The translations under genes were made by a program, and so were the position numbers. 49,089 nt of DNA from Phoronis australis (lineage: Eukaryota > Animalia > Phoronida), in the NCBI GenBank assembly GCA_002633005.1, contig NMRA01000671.1, forward strand, positions 165,950 to 215,038, in the 5' to 3' direction. How positions within the stretch are numbered: position 1 is the stretch's first letter; each line of letters opens with the position of its first letter. The notes under the pieces are model-generated. The model saw only the letters and a list, made by a program, of their open reading frames with translations. It searched no databases and had not been told where the DNA came from. This document shows positions 1 to 12,000 of this stretch, one piece after another.

Positions 1-180
1 AAAAAAAAAAAAACAAACTTAGTGGAAGAGCAACATACTTGGCGAAATTTATTTCGCCAAGTAAAAAAAAACAAACATAGTGTCAGAGCAATATACTTGG
101 CGAAATTTATTTCGCCAAGTAAAAAAAAACAAACATAGTGTCAGAGCAATATACTTGGCGAAATTTATTTCGCCAAGTAA
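1..180 (-). repeat. Three ~59-bp tandem units, each with a 13-bp-arm palindrome; probable stacked HINE 5' termini
   Basis: Each unit contains TACTTGGCGAAAT-TT-ATTTCGCCAAGTA (e.g. 36-63) next to an A-run. The array is cut off by the window edge. Confidence 0.75.
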
Positions 181-2938
181 TTAACATATCGCAATGAAAT
201 ATCTGAAACACAATGGACTCTATTTTTTACACCCCTGATCAGAGCTAACAACATATGTATACCCCACCTAACCATAATCTCAAAAAAATCATTTGTCGGT
301 ACCAAATCTCTGCAGCTATGGTTCACTTAAAGACACCACTACATGTATACGCAGATCTACATGCGAGTTGCGTTTATATAATGACATGTGCGCACACCTG
401 TTTGCTTTTCTGACGAGAGTCACGGAGACGAAAGTAAAAACCATTTGAAGGCTTCTTTTATGGGCTTAGAGATCTAGATGTTTACGTGAATTTATGTGGT
501 CGCATATTTTCGTAATCCTCAACTGTTGCCTGGGTATTCCGGTGTCCGCTCCATATCTTAAAATCCTGGTTAGATAAAACTTGCCACTTCTCAATTTCCC
601 CTCCACTCTGTGACACGGGCTAGACAGTGCTCTTCAATGTCATGAGGGAAGAGCGTCTCTGGATGACATCTTGAGACAGGCACCAGATTATTTTTTGGCG
701 GATTTGCTCGCTGAAGCACCTCTTAATAGCCATTTTAATCGCGGCGTAGAGATATTTCCATCATTTTTATTTGTTGATTTTTGAGCGAAATGAGCACAGC
801 ACCCTATCTTCCTGTGGCCATGGATAACGGACTTTGAGTACTTTTTGGGAATTAAATTTTCCAAGTCACTCAAGTGCAACAGTTGTTAGCAACAAAACCG
901 TTAACAAATGACCCCAACTGATGAATTTGCAACGGTCTGCCAGGTTTTCAACAGCACCGACGGACAGAAATTTAACCTTGAAAAAATGACCAGGGATCAT
1001 TTTTCATCGTTGAAAAGGCGGCCCGGGTCATTGATACGAGAGGTCAAAATGTAATCTTATACCGGTACCAGTCAATGTTTGGATCAATTATTAAATTGGA
1101 ACACCTCTATTGGCCATTTTGATCTCAGTAAGATCTTAAATAACATTAGGGAAAACGTTATTATTTACCTTAGGGGTGTTATCTATAGCAGGAAATAACG
1201 GGACTCTGAATACAACGATATATGAGAGTCATACAACGGCACCAGTTAGTTTGTATTGTTATTTTACTATTGCTCATACATCTACAGGTTGTAGTTGCCA
1301 CTTCAGTTTCTAGAAAGGACGTTTTTTATGAAATTAGAACGAAATTTCTGCACGGCATTTTCAAAACCTATGGACGGAATACAGTGCAGATTCACTCACC
1401 GGTTTGTGACGGCAGTGTGCGTGCAATCACCCGGTTTCTATTTGACATCACCAGCTGATTGGTCCTTCCATTCTGGGGATGATCTGAGTTACCAATTTTG
1501 AGCAGATTCTATCAAGTTCTGCGTCCCCTGTTTTTTATATGCAAAGTCTCATGATTATTTTTTTCTTTTGTAAAAGAAATGTTCTGCATACATTTTGGAT
1601 TCCTACTGCCGCGTTACCTTTTGTGTGGTCAAATTGTCTCCTTGTAACTTTCATGTGCATGAAGCAGATATCGACCCCAAAAAACATGTCGATTTCATTG
1701 CACTGTCTGTGTATATCAACACTTTGTTGTGATTTTGGTTTCTGTGCAGTTGTGCAAATTCTAAAATTGGATAAGACGAATGGTTTTTGCCATTTTTGAG
1801 CATAAATTTGAGTATCTTATATTTGGTCCAGAGTCAACGAGAATCAGAGTTCATGCCAAGATAAAATTGACCGGCAGGAATCCATTTTATTAAGTGGCAT
1901 TTATCTAATTCAATTTTATACTTGTTGAATTGTTCACATGGGAGAATACGCCCATTTGGATCGTTTCATTTTCGCATGCACGTCTTCTGTCAGTGGTGAC
2001 ATTTGAGCTTAAATTTTATTATTCCATTCACTGAACTATGACAAAAATACTATGAACTCGGGTAATTTAACTGAAGGAAGAAATTGATCGGCAATAGTCG
2101 GATATAACGTGCTCATACATGTATTTTGAGAAACAGTTTTATACCCGTTATTTGGTGGAGAAACTTCCACCATTACCCGTTTATCTGTGTACTATTACAT
2201 TAACATTTTTTCTCGTGCCCATGGGTACTCCTCTGGAAATTGCATAAGAAATATAGGAACTGCAAACCTTTAATCTACGGTCTATTAGCTCTACACAGGT
2301 CATTCCTAAAAAGAATTTTGCCTCGCCTGTACAACTACAGTACAAGCTTAAGGTCTCCAAAATCTACCAACAATTAGTTGTTGGACAGATAATCTCCATA
2401 AAACTGGTATTAAGCAATGTAAGGGTAATTCGTATATTGTACATTAGGTCCGATCTCATTTTTCATAAACATACCTACACTGTAGGTGCAAGACAGCATA
2501 CATCAGTCCCAATAGGGTTTAAAAAGGGTTCCCAATTTTTTTGCGTTTTGTGCATATATTGCTTGTCCTTCGTATTCTTGGATCTTAATTGTCGCCGATG
2601 AAGTCTTTTTAGATACCGAATTGCTTACAAAACATAATTCCGTGACACTTGGTACCCAATAGTGCAATTAAGATGCCGTGCCTGCGCAATGTTGATTTCT
2701 CGGTGCAACTAGACACCAAATAGGAATTGTTGGAGACAGAAGATCAAAGAAATACTCCACATATGTTTTATTCATATTACAGGTACCTCATTTTATGTTG
2801 GCCTGAAAATAAGACCGTCTAAGAATTCGTTGGAACCTCGCCTACCACACGATCGGTGGCCACGTTTTCGAGCTACATGTACAGAATTTGTTGTCCCATC
2901 TGATCATTTAGTTGCTTAAAGAGGTTTTCTTTTTTCAG

Positions 2939-3002
2939 AGCTTACGACAGTCATCCAGAAGGAGAATACATCCTGTACAAAAACACAAAGTACCCATTCG
3001 AG
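2939..3002 (+). CDS. VWDE-like exon, N-terminal part of VWD (AYDSHPEGEYILYKNTKYPFE)
   Basis: Polypyrimidine tract with tttttcag acceptor and GAG|GTAAGT donor; typical VWD GE(Y/F)xLY motif; phase-0 join to VHALFQRC. The start could be 2941 (alternative AG). Confidence 0.8.
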
Positions 3003-6000
3003 GTAAGTTGATGAATTGGACAAGTACCCAGAAAAATCATGTATCACCGCCGTTTACTAGTCGCAGTTACACAGAATGTAATTCCTGCAATATAAAATGC
3101 CAGGTTGTCAGAAAGTTCAATCCGAGGTCTACAGAAAGGCTACGGGTAAAACTCAATTAAGCTGATGAGAGTGAATCACTGTTTGTGTCCCCTACTTCAT
3201 TCTTGAACGTGGACCTTCAATACCTCATACCATGAAAAAGGAAATATCTTTATATATCTTTTCCAAAAAGTTTATTGAGAGTTAATTGGAGTTGTTTAAA
3301 TAGCGTGATGCAATCCTGCCACCCATGTGCACACACATTCAGAGACAATAAAATACTATAAGCTATTAATATAAAAGTCTTTCATTAACCACCTGGTGTT
3401 TACAATTCAGAAGAAAATGAACAGTATGATAATGAAATGGATCTATGCAAACTTGGCAAAAACGGTCTGGAGTAATACAGCCTTATTTTTTGACATGAAA
3501 CCTACCAAGGCACAAAATAATGCTTACAATAATACTTAAAGTGAATCCATCAAAGACAATTTAAGTGGAACCGTGATTTAGCGATATCAGACATATATAT
3601 TTGTATACCACAATATTAGCGTGAAATGACAGATACAACTGTGTAATAACCCATAAAATCATCTCACTAGTGAGATAACGTTTTGGCGGGAAACCAAGGC
3701 CGGAGTCGAACCCGGAACCCTGGAGTTGCTGGTCGCCGACTTTACCACTACACCACTCAGCGACTGAAGTCATGAAGAGTGAAGAGTGAAAATAGAATAC
3801 TTAAATGAGCAAGCGCAATAATCCCAGGTTCAAGAAACCGCATTGTACTGTACTTATACGCTATGAAAAATAAACACATAATTTCCATAAAAACGATATC
3901 TTAATTCAGTGACATTTTTCTTTCATGTCCTCTTACTTGTAAATCTCCAGTTTGAATGCGGTCAGGATCTTTTGACTTGAGAATCACATTCAGTTACCAG
4001 TGGTAACCTACTTTAGCAGACGATAATTTCCCGGTCGAAGCTTAGCGTGAAAAACGTGTTTTAAGCTATAATAGTTGGTAAATCGTTATCAATAAATTCA
4101 ATTTATTTCTATTTTATTTAAGTTTTCAATTGGTTTTGAGTAAAAGCATTATTTGACAAAAATAGCCCGGCTTTTCTTAAAAGGTCACGACCTCCGACCC
4201 CGGGCCTCTGACATAGAAAGTAGTGTCACAAAGCCGAGGAGAGTCGGAAAAGGTAAATCGATGATTCATTGCAATGTTTCTCGTTTAGTATGTGGTATAA
4301 ATAGATTAGTACATGTTCTCAGCCGTTATTCCCCTTATCTAGAGCCCTCGAGGATTTTGTAGAATTATCACCCTCGGGGCTAACGCCCCTCGGGCGATAA
4401 TTCTCCAAAATCCCACTCGGGCTTTCGATAACGGGGGATAACGACTTCGCCTTATAATAATCTATATATCCCAGCAATCGCGAAAAGGATACAACTCCAA
4501 AACGACGGTTCTAAGTCTTTGGATTATGTCAAGCAAAACAAAAAAACTGCATACATGTATCTGAACCAGGGATACAATTTTAAACAAAAATCTTAGAATC
4601 TCACATTACAAGTGTTATTCAAAACTCGAACAGTTGAAGGTGAACGTCAGAAATGAATTAAAAAATAATTCGTGCCTTTCTTCACACCTCACCAGAAGGA
4701 ACTACATTCACATATTTTCCCAACTGTTTTCTGTACATTCTGGTTGTACATTTTTAAGAAAAGTCGGATTTGAGTTCAATGCGCAAAATGAATGTAACCT
4801 ACAAAAAGCTTCGATTTTTGTTCCAGGATAGTTCCATTAAACCATACAAATTTTGATTTATTACAAAATTTCCTCATCTAAACCAGCGGTATATCTGCTG
4901 CTACAGATGTATACATCAGAAAACAAATCCTTCTAAAAACAGGTTGATACGTATGTCTATACATTTTTGTTGAAAACGCACGAGTTTAAATTTTCTTTTA
5001 GTAAAACGTTCAAGATTGTCAGACGATAGTCTGTGTGGGTTTGTTTAAAAGGTAGCTATGCTTTGAAGTTGTGCGTAGATGGAGAGTGAATAATCAAATC
5101 CAGTAATTAATTTATTATATGATAACCCCTAATTAGACGAATGAAACCTATTGTTAATTAAGTAATCAACTACAAAGAGAAACTACGATAGCGCCCTCTT
5201 TAAAGATTACTTTAATCAAACAACCAAACGATCAAATGTCTTATCTGCTATCCAAGCTAGGACTCTCCACTTGTTGGATGTCTGTCCTGTTGGTGAATCT
5301 TCGAACTACACACACACTGTATAGCGACAGTGTACTTGCTGGTCACCGTCTCTGGTGATTCAACACTTGCAGGCAATTTCTTCTACCTGCGAATCTTCTT
5401 GATGGTCACAGTCTCTGGCTGATGACGCAACACTTCAGGTAGTATCTTACTACCCACAATGCAAGTGACAAGCTCTTAGTTAACGTCCTGTTCGTTAACT
5501 CTTGCCCTTGCCAAGATCCTTTCTAGAATCTTCCACGAGATGGCTCTGTCGTACAACTGCTTCTGTACACTGTAGCAAGTCTTTATGCTTCAACTACTTT
5601 AGCGCATCTGATTATCTTGCTGATTTCAGCCCATAATATAACATTCTACTTATTTAGTAATTGGCTAATAAAAACCACATGATCATATCCACTCGTATTA
5701 TTGGCTGTTACAATTTGTTCTCAGAATATTCTAGAATCTCTAGAGTACTTTGACCCCAGAACCCAAAGTTGTAAACACCATCTAAAAATAGATTTTGACG
5801 TTAAAATACATGTCAACAAGTCTGACCCCATGATTTAAAAGTACATATGCAAAATTTTGGGCAACTTAAAATGGATCTATTCTTACTAATTACTTAATCA
5901 GTATTTATTCTGACAAAGATATGTAGATCATTTTACAATAGGATAGTTTCCACGAATTCAACCAGATTTTACACATACATGTCTCGTAAACTACGAAAAT

Positions 6001-9000
6001 TTAGGTGATTTTTTAATTTCATGCCGTCACCTTTCGTCCGTCGTGTTGAAAAGCTTGAATCAAATAGGTTGTTCAACGTTAACTATGTTCACCATGCCAA
6101 AGCTGGAAAACAGTGCTGAAACAATGACCAGAAGAGATGATTATAGAATTGATCGGCAAATCATTAAAGACCACGGTCAATGAGATTAACAATTCCTTGC
6201 AATATACACTGTATGTCACTCATTGTTCTCTTCTATAGTGGACAATATATATCACAAGCACTCAACACTAATCAGTGATCAGGTGTCAATTCAGATATCT
6301 TAACATACCATCAGACCGACGAGTGTGGACACGGGATGTAAACAAATGCAGACATTGCGGAATGAAAAGTACCCCGTTAATACCAAGTACAGTGTATGAG
6401 GCAGTGTAACATCTCCTTGTCTACGTCCGGCAATTCGTCGACAGCGATTTCACTGACATGTGAGGTCAGAAAACGAGACTGATGAGACCTCGTCTCAATC
6501 GGGATTGCAAGTTGCCAAGATGACGTTAATTTTTATGCGTTCTGTTTCAAAGGGAATTATTTTCACCTTAACCAATAAGTGTCAAAGTTTGTCTCATTAG
6601 TTAAAATATGTAATGCCTTTGGCGTGTTCGTGAGTGCAAATGTTTTGAGAAGCCAGCAATGAATTAATCACTACGTTACCGGCTTGAGATGCAATAAAGC
6701 TAACTAACCGGGTACTGAGGCCGTGTGAGAACATGCTATTTCATATATGACCGAACATACCTCAGACCTCCGCGACAGACCATGGTAAATTAGCTTACCG
6801 AACTTTGTAGGCTACGGTACGTGTTTGTAAGGGATTTACATCGAATTTTTATGATTTATTGGTGTAAAACAGTCGATTCAAGCGAGAAGCTGGCATCAGT
6901 AAGCATGCTGTGAACTGCTGAACAAACTGCGTTTGAACCGCAAGCATCATTGGTTAATTTCAACACCCCCTTCTGCCTTCAGGTGTCAGGTAAAAGAACT
7001 GAACTTGCTGTTATCGAGTGGAACTACTAGGTCTACTGTAAACTGGTTTTTGGGTGGCATTCTCCTTTAATGTTAACAACAGACTTTTTAAGGACTCTTC
7101 AGGCCTCTTACATCACTGTTTAGCCTTAAGACGAGAAACACTCAGCCTTGGGCAAGGGATGACACTTATTCAACAGTTATTTAGAAATCATGAAGCTGGA
7201 CAGAAGCGACGGCGGAACTTCAGTTTGTGAAAACTGAAAATGAGACAACCATCACCGTAAACTGTTTTGCAGTATGCTATGGCCGATCAGTTATGCAGGC
7301 TATCCTACCGAGTGAAGCTAGCAATACTTTGATGGAGGCTCTGTTGTTTGTATGCATGCTCTGGGTGGCAATGGCAGCACAGCATGCTTCATTGCTGGCG
7401 AACAAGATAGGTGTCCTTTATAACATGATTAGACGTCTCTTGTTCACCATATACGCCTGTCCTGCATTGAATCTTGGGTAGTAGATAGTCTTATTGTAGC
7501 TTACTGAAATGGAAGAAATGCTGCGAAGCTGCATAAAAGCCATATTAGTCCAATGCTTTCAGTTTACCTAAATCATGATACGTAACCTGATGCGTTAATG
7601 AAGCACATGCACTAAAATATGCCCCGTAACTCAGGTACAAACCACTGCTATTCAAAATTGATGGCTGTTCTTGCAGATTTTGCTAGCGGCGGTTGTCGAA
7701 GAAATTCGACGAGATGTGGAAGGTGCAACTCCCACGACAATTTAATGAACATATCTGAATTATAAAATGATCACTATTTGTCCTGTTCATATTTCTTGCA
7801 CAAGAATTAGCGACTAAAAATTAAACAAATTGTCAATAAAAACACCACCAGCAAAACGGGGACTCCTCGTTTCGCTTGGTTAACATCTCAAGGGTAGGCC
7901 TCGTGTCTAGATCAACAAATGGAACTTCAAGTGACAACTAGGTCATTAGGTTAACTTTTGACATCTTTTTACATATCATGATAATTTACATGTAGTGTAC
8001 GACAGGAAATATTCGGAGACCAGATGGCGTGGAGAGAAAGGCAGATTTACGGAAAATCTCTTCTTCTTTCTTCAGGAAGAAAATTTTCGGAAAACCTGTC
8101 TAACTCTCCATACCATCTTGTCGCACAGTATTCCCTGCCGTACAGGAAGAAGAAAAAGATTTTCCGCAAAACTGCCTTGCTCTCCACGATTACTGGTCAC
8201 TGAGGTTTTTCTTCCGTACAGTACATGAAAATAGTTGGCATTTTGCATATACTGCCGAATTCTTTCTTTGAAAAGGTAATTGCAAGGTCCAAATCAGTCT
8301 GAACTGCAATATGATCTAAAATCTTGTTTGTAATTATAATTGCAATATTGTTAACAATAACTGAATTGCACGTCGCTATACAAAGTTATTTACATATAAA
8401 GCGCCGTGGTGTTTTGACGCCATTGTTGTAACGGAAAATTTTCGTTTTTTACACATCTGTGACGTTGTGTAGGGAACACAAAAAGAAAACAATTTGACCC
8501 AAGGGAGTGCAGCAGAGTAGATGACTGGAATACTTTGACAGATACAGGGACGGACAGGTGGACGTTTCAGATGATTCCGACTTTTCGGACGTGGAGGAGG
8601 AGGTGATAGATCCCATAGGAACAATTTGTGTTCAGAGCTTTTCTGTAGTGGAGCCGTTCTCCCTCGATCCCTTTCACGGCTCTTGCTCCGGTCGACGGAT
8701 ACTCAGCCCCAGGCTGTTTATCCAGTAAACATCCACGGGCAGAAGGTACGCAGTAGTTGCGACTGAATGATAGTGAATGGTAAAAATATTATTAATATGT
8801 ATCTTACAATCGCGAATTGTTACTTTTTTATTCATTAGTCCCAGGCGCCCAGTTTCTCACTGACGAGTTGTGTTTCAGCCGTGGATAAATACCAGTTTCA
8901 GTGATACAAAACTGGGATTTTTTGCATTCTAGCAAATCACTCAAAAAGTGTTTGGTCTGATTTTTTGTAGCCAGTTTTTGCTCAGTGTTTTGAGCTCCCT

Positions 9001-12000
9001 ACTCCAGTTTGTGAGACTCAGGTTCTAGTCTTGGCTTTCACTGGCAGACGATTGAGGATTGCATAAAATTGTCTCCTACTCCTCTGAGACTGAGCTTGTT
9101 TAAAGAAGAGGGCGAAAGAATCGCAATTTCATAATTTAGACTAATTCTCACCTAGGGACTGGGGCTGGGGGGAGATTAATTCTATAGGTTAGAGAACAAG
9201 TCACTTCATTATCGTACTTAAGGGCCAAGTCAACTGGAACCCATATCAATGTTCACATGTGTTACAAAACAGTTTTATTATGCGCCCACATAGTTATATG
9301 TGGACGCATTATGCCGTCATCTCCGTTCGTCCGGCGTCCTTTGTCCGCTGCTCTTTCTTCAAAACGCTTTGACGTATGTTCATGAAATTTTGCACATCTG
9401 TTTCTTCCATAAATGGGACGGCATGAGCGAACTTTCGGACGGATCCGAGTACTGGTGTGCCCCGTACTGGCAAGTTTTACCTTAACTTCTATCTTTAAAA
9501 GTCCTGAACGGATTTTCATAAAATTTAGTATATAGGCACCTATTAGTGAGATAACGCTATCTTCCCGTTTTCGGGTGGATTCGACGTAGCTTGCGCCACC
9601 TAATGGCCGTTCTTACTGTTATAGATTTGTTTTTTGCGTCAACCCCTCTATCTACCAAATCGCTCAAAGGATGATTGTGGAAATCGGCATGTATGTTCTT
9701 AATATGAACAAGTGGACGGCCGACGATGCTTTTCCAACGCCTTCGACGACTGTGGCGCCTTCTAGTGGCATTGTTGTTTTATTGCGCCAATGGCTGTATC
9801 TCCTAAACCGTACGCAGGATCTTTACTAAAATAAGTAAATGTATTTATATGTTGTTAATGACGGAGGACGACGACTGTCGGACAGATCTGATAACTGGTG
9901 TGCCACCTAGTCGCAATTTTATAAGTTTTACTTTTACCTCTGTGTGTTCAAAGGTGCTCAACGTACATGTATTTTGAGAAAATTTGGCATACTGGCATCT
10001 GTTCATGAAATGACGCTATCTCTCTGATTTCCGATGGATTCGACATAGTTTGCACCACCTAGTGCCCATTTTTACTGTTTTCGAGCGTCCACTGATTCGA
10101 CAGTCATTTTCTAAAGACGAGTAGTGCACACAAAACGTGAGATTTCGAGGACAGATGATTGTCCTTTGGGAATTTAAATAGGCTCACGCCTTCCACCTGG
10201 GTGGTGTTAGAACAGTTAGCTCACACACATCGACGCACCATTGCTAAAACACGCCAAGATAGAACGGTCTTTATTCGTCGTGAACTGTGATATACATGTA
10301 CATGTAAAAGCGGTGAACTGCATTGTGAGATATGATCTAGTTTGTATTCCCCAACACCATTTTACGGTGCCAAAGGTCAACTTTTCGCAGATTTTTATTT
10401 TCGCTTTTTTTAAAATAACTAAAGATACATTTACTCGATAATTTGAACAAAATACATCCAAATAACAATACCTTGAAGATATTACAATTTAACATACTTG
10501 GACCTTCCAAATTACACTTTAAATGACTGTTTCTGTTTGGTGCCAATGTCTGACGGGAAAAATCCTGACTAATACCCTGCCCTGCACCCCCCCCCCACCA
10601 ACTCAAAATCCTGAATCCACCCCTGACGTGTATATCATAAGTGTGTTTTACTTGGGTGTTGTTTTTAATTTTTAACTTGCTACTTTTATTAGGTAACTTT
10701 TATTTATTTTATTTTTAGGTGCATGCTCTATTTCAAAGGTGCTACCACAGCCCCACCTGTAACTGTGGGGTTGTGGTTAGGTCTGCAACTGACATCTTTG
10801 TGATTGAAAGCTGTAGGAAAAAAAATAGTGAAATAAGCCATAGTGGGAAAGGACCTAGACAGGGATTGAAAATATCACAGAAAGGTTCTTGTAGTCCGTA
10901 CGGAAGAGGAACGAAGCTGCTACAGAAGAACGACGGGAACACAATTCAGGTAATTACTTGCCGTTGTCGAATCAATAAAAAGCAGCGTCAACGAATTCTT
11001 GCCTTAAAAGGTCCCCAAAGTTCGTCTTTTGGAACGCCCACCGTGCACGTTTACATTGAGATTAGAGATACGAGACGCTTTAGAGGTTCGTCCATTTTTG
11101 CTGGATAATAACTCCAGGTAATAGTAAAGGAAAACAAATGGGGTTCTAGAACGGTGCATTATATGCTGAGATTCAAAATATGGTTATTGGCTGTTTTTCA
11201 CCAATGTATCTCTCAAATGTCATTAATTAAAAACACTGTACGGTATAAAAAGGGAAGTGTTTAAAATCTGCGTAGTTGATGGAGTTTCTTGCACGTGTTT
11301 TGACACAACCACTAAATTTTCAAAATCATTTGGCTGTCAAATACATGTATACTATGGCGGCCGTTTTATTTCTCGATTCTTTGGCAATCTCTAATAATTC
11401 TGAACTGAACTGATTTACCACACCATAATCATGTGAGGTTCCTACTACATAGACAACATAATCATAAAATCACTGGAGTCATCTATATATTAAAACTGTC
11501 ATGTTCAATAAAGTCTGGCCTGTTAGTCTACGCGTGCGAAAATTGTCCGTTGTTAAAATTGACAAGCCCCTTTATTTCCGCCGAAAACCGTGCAACTCCC
11601 GCTCATGTGCAGTCTTTTCATTATTTCCAATTTTTTATTTGAACTGCATCGGTTGCATTGTAATGTGCTCTTAGGAAAAGCTGATGGGCTTCAGAATGAA
11701 TCACTTGAGTAACGTTTATAGCCGCAAACCCCAGAATAATACTCTGTGACTGAGCCAACAGAGTACTCAGGGTATTAGTGTGATGACCTACGTTTCCTAA
11801 CATCGTGTGCATGTATTTACCGACAAGAGCGCCTCACGCTCTGCCTGCGGATTCAGCTAGCACCTATGCTGTTGTCTTACAATCTAAATTCGCATTGAGA
11901 GATGCCTCTAAATCAGCTGGCGTATTCTATACCTACAGATCCACCTTTAAAATCCTTTCACTCAACTGTTGCATGTGTACTTAGGATTTGTCTGCGATTT

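Noticed and set aside
1222-1458. ORF with a signal-peptide-like start (possible exon 1288-1401)
   Set aside because: It lacks the GDPH/TFDG motif expected before exon 2939, its phase-0 end does not fit that exon's acceptor, and the hydrophobic stretch is probably a T-rich intron end.
2299-2601. Open frame after ctacacag (VIPKKNFASPVQ...)
   Set aside because: No recognisable motif and no phase-compatible link to the gene.
7000-7500. Possible very old non-LTR retrotransposon remnant
   Set aside because: Only faint motif echoes; too degraded to support a call.
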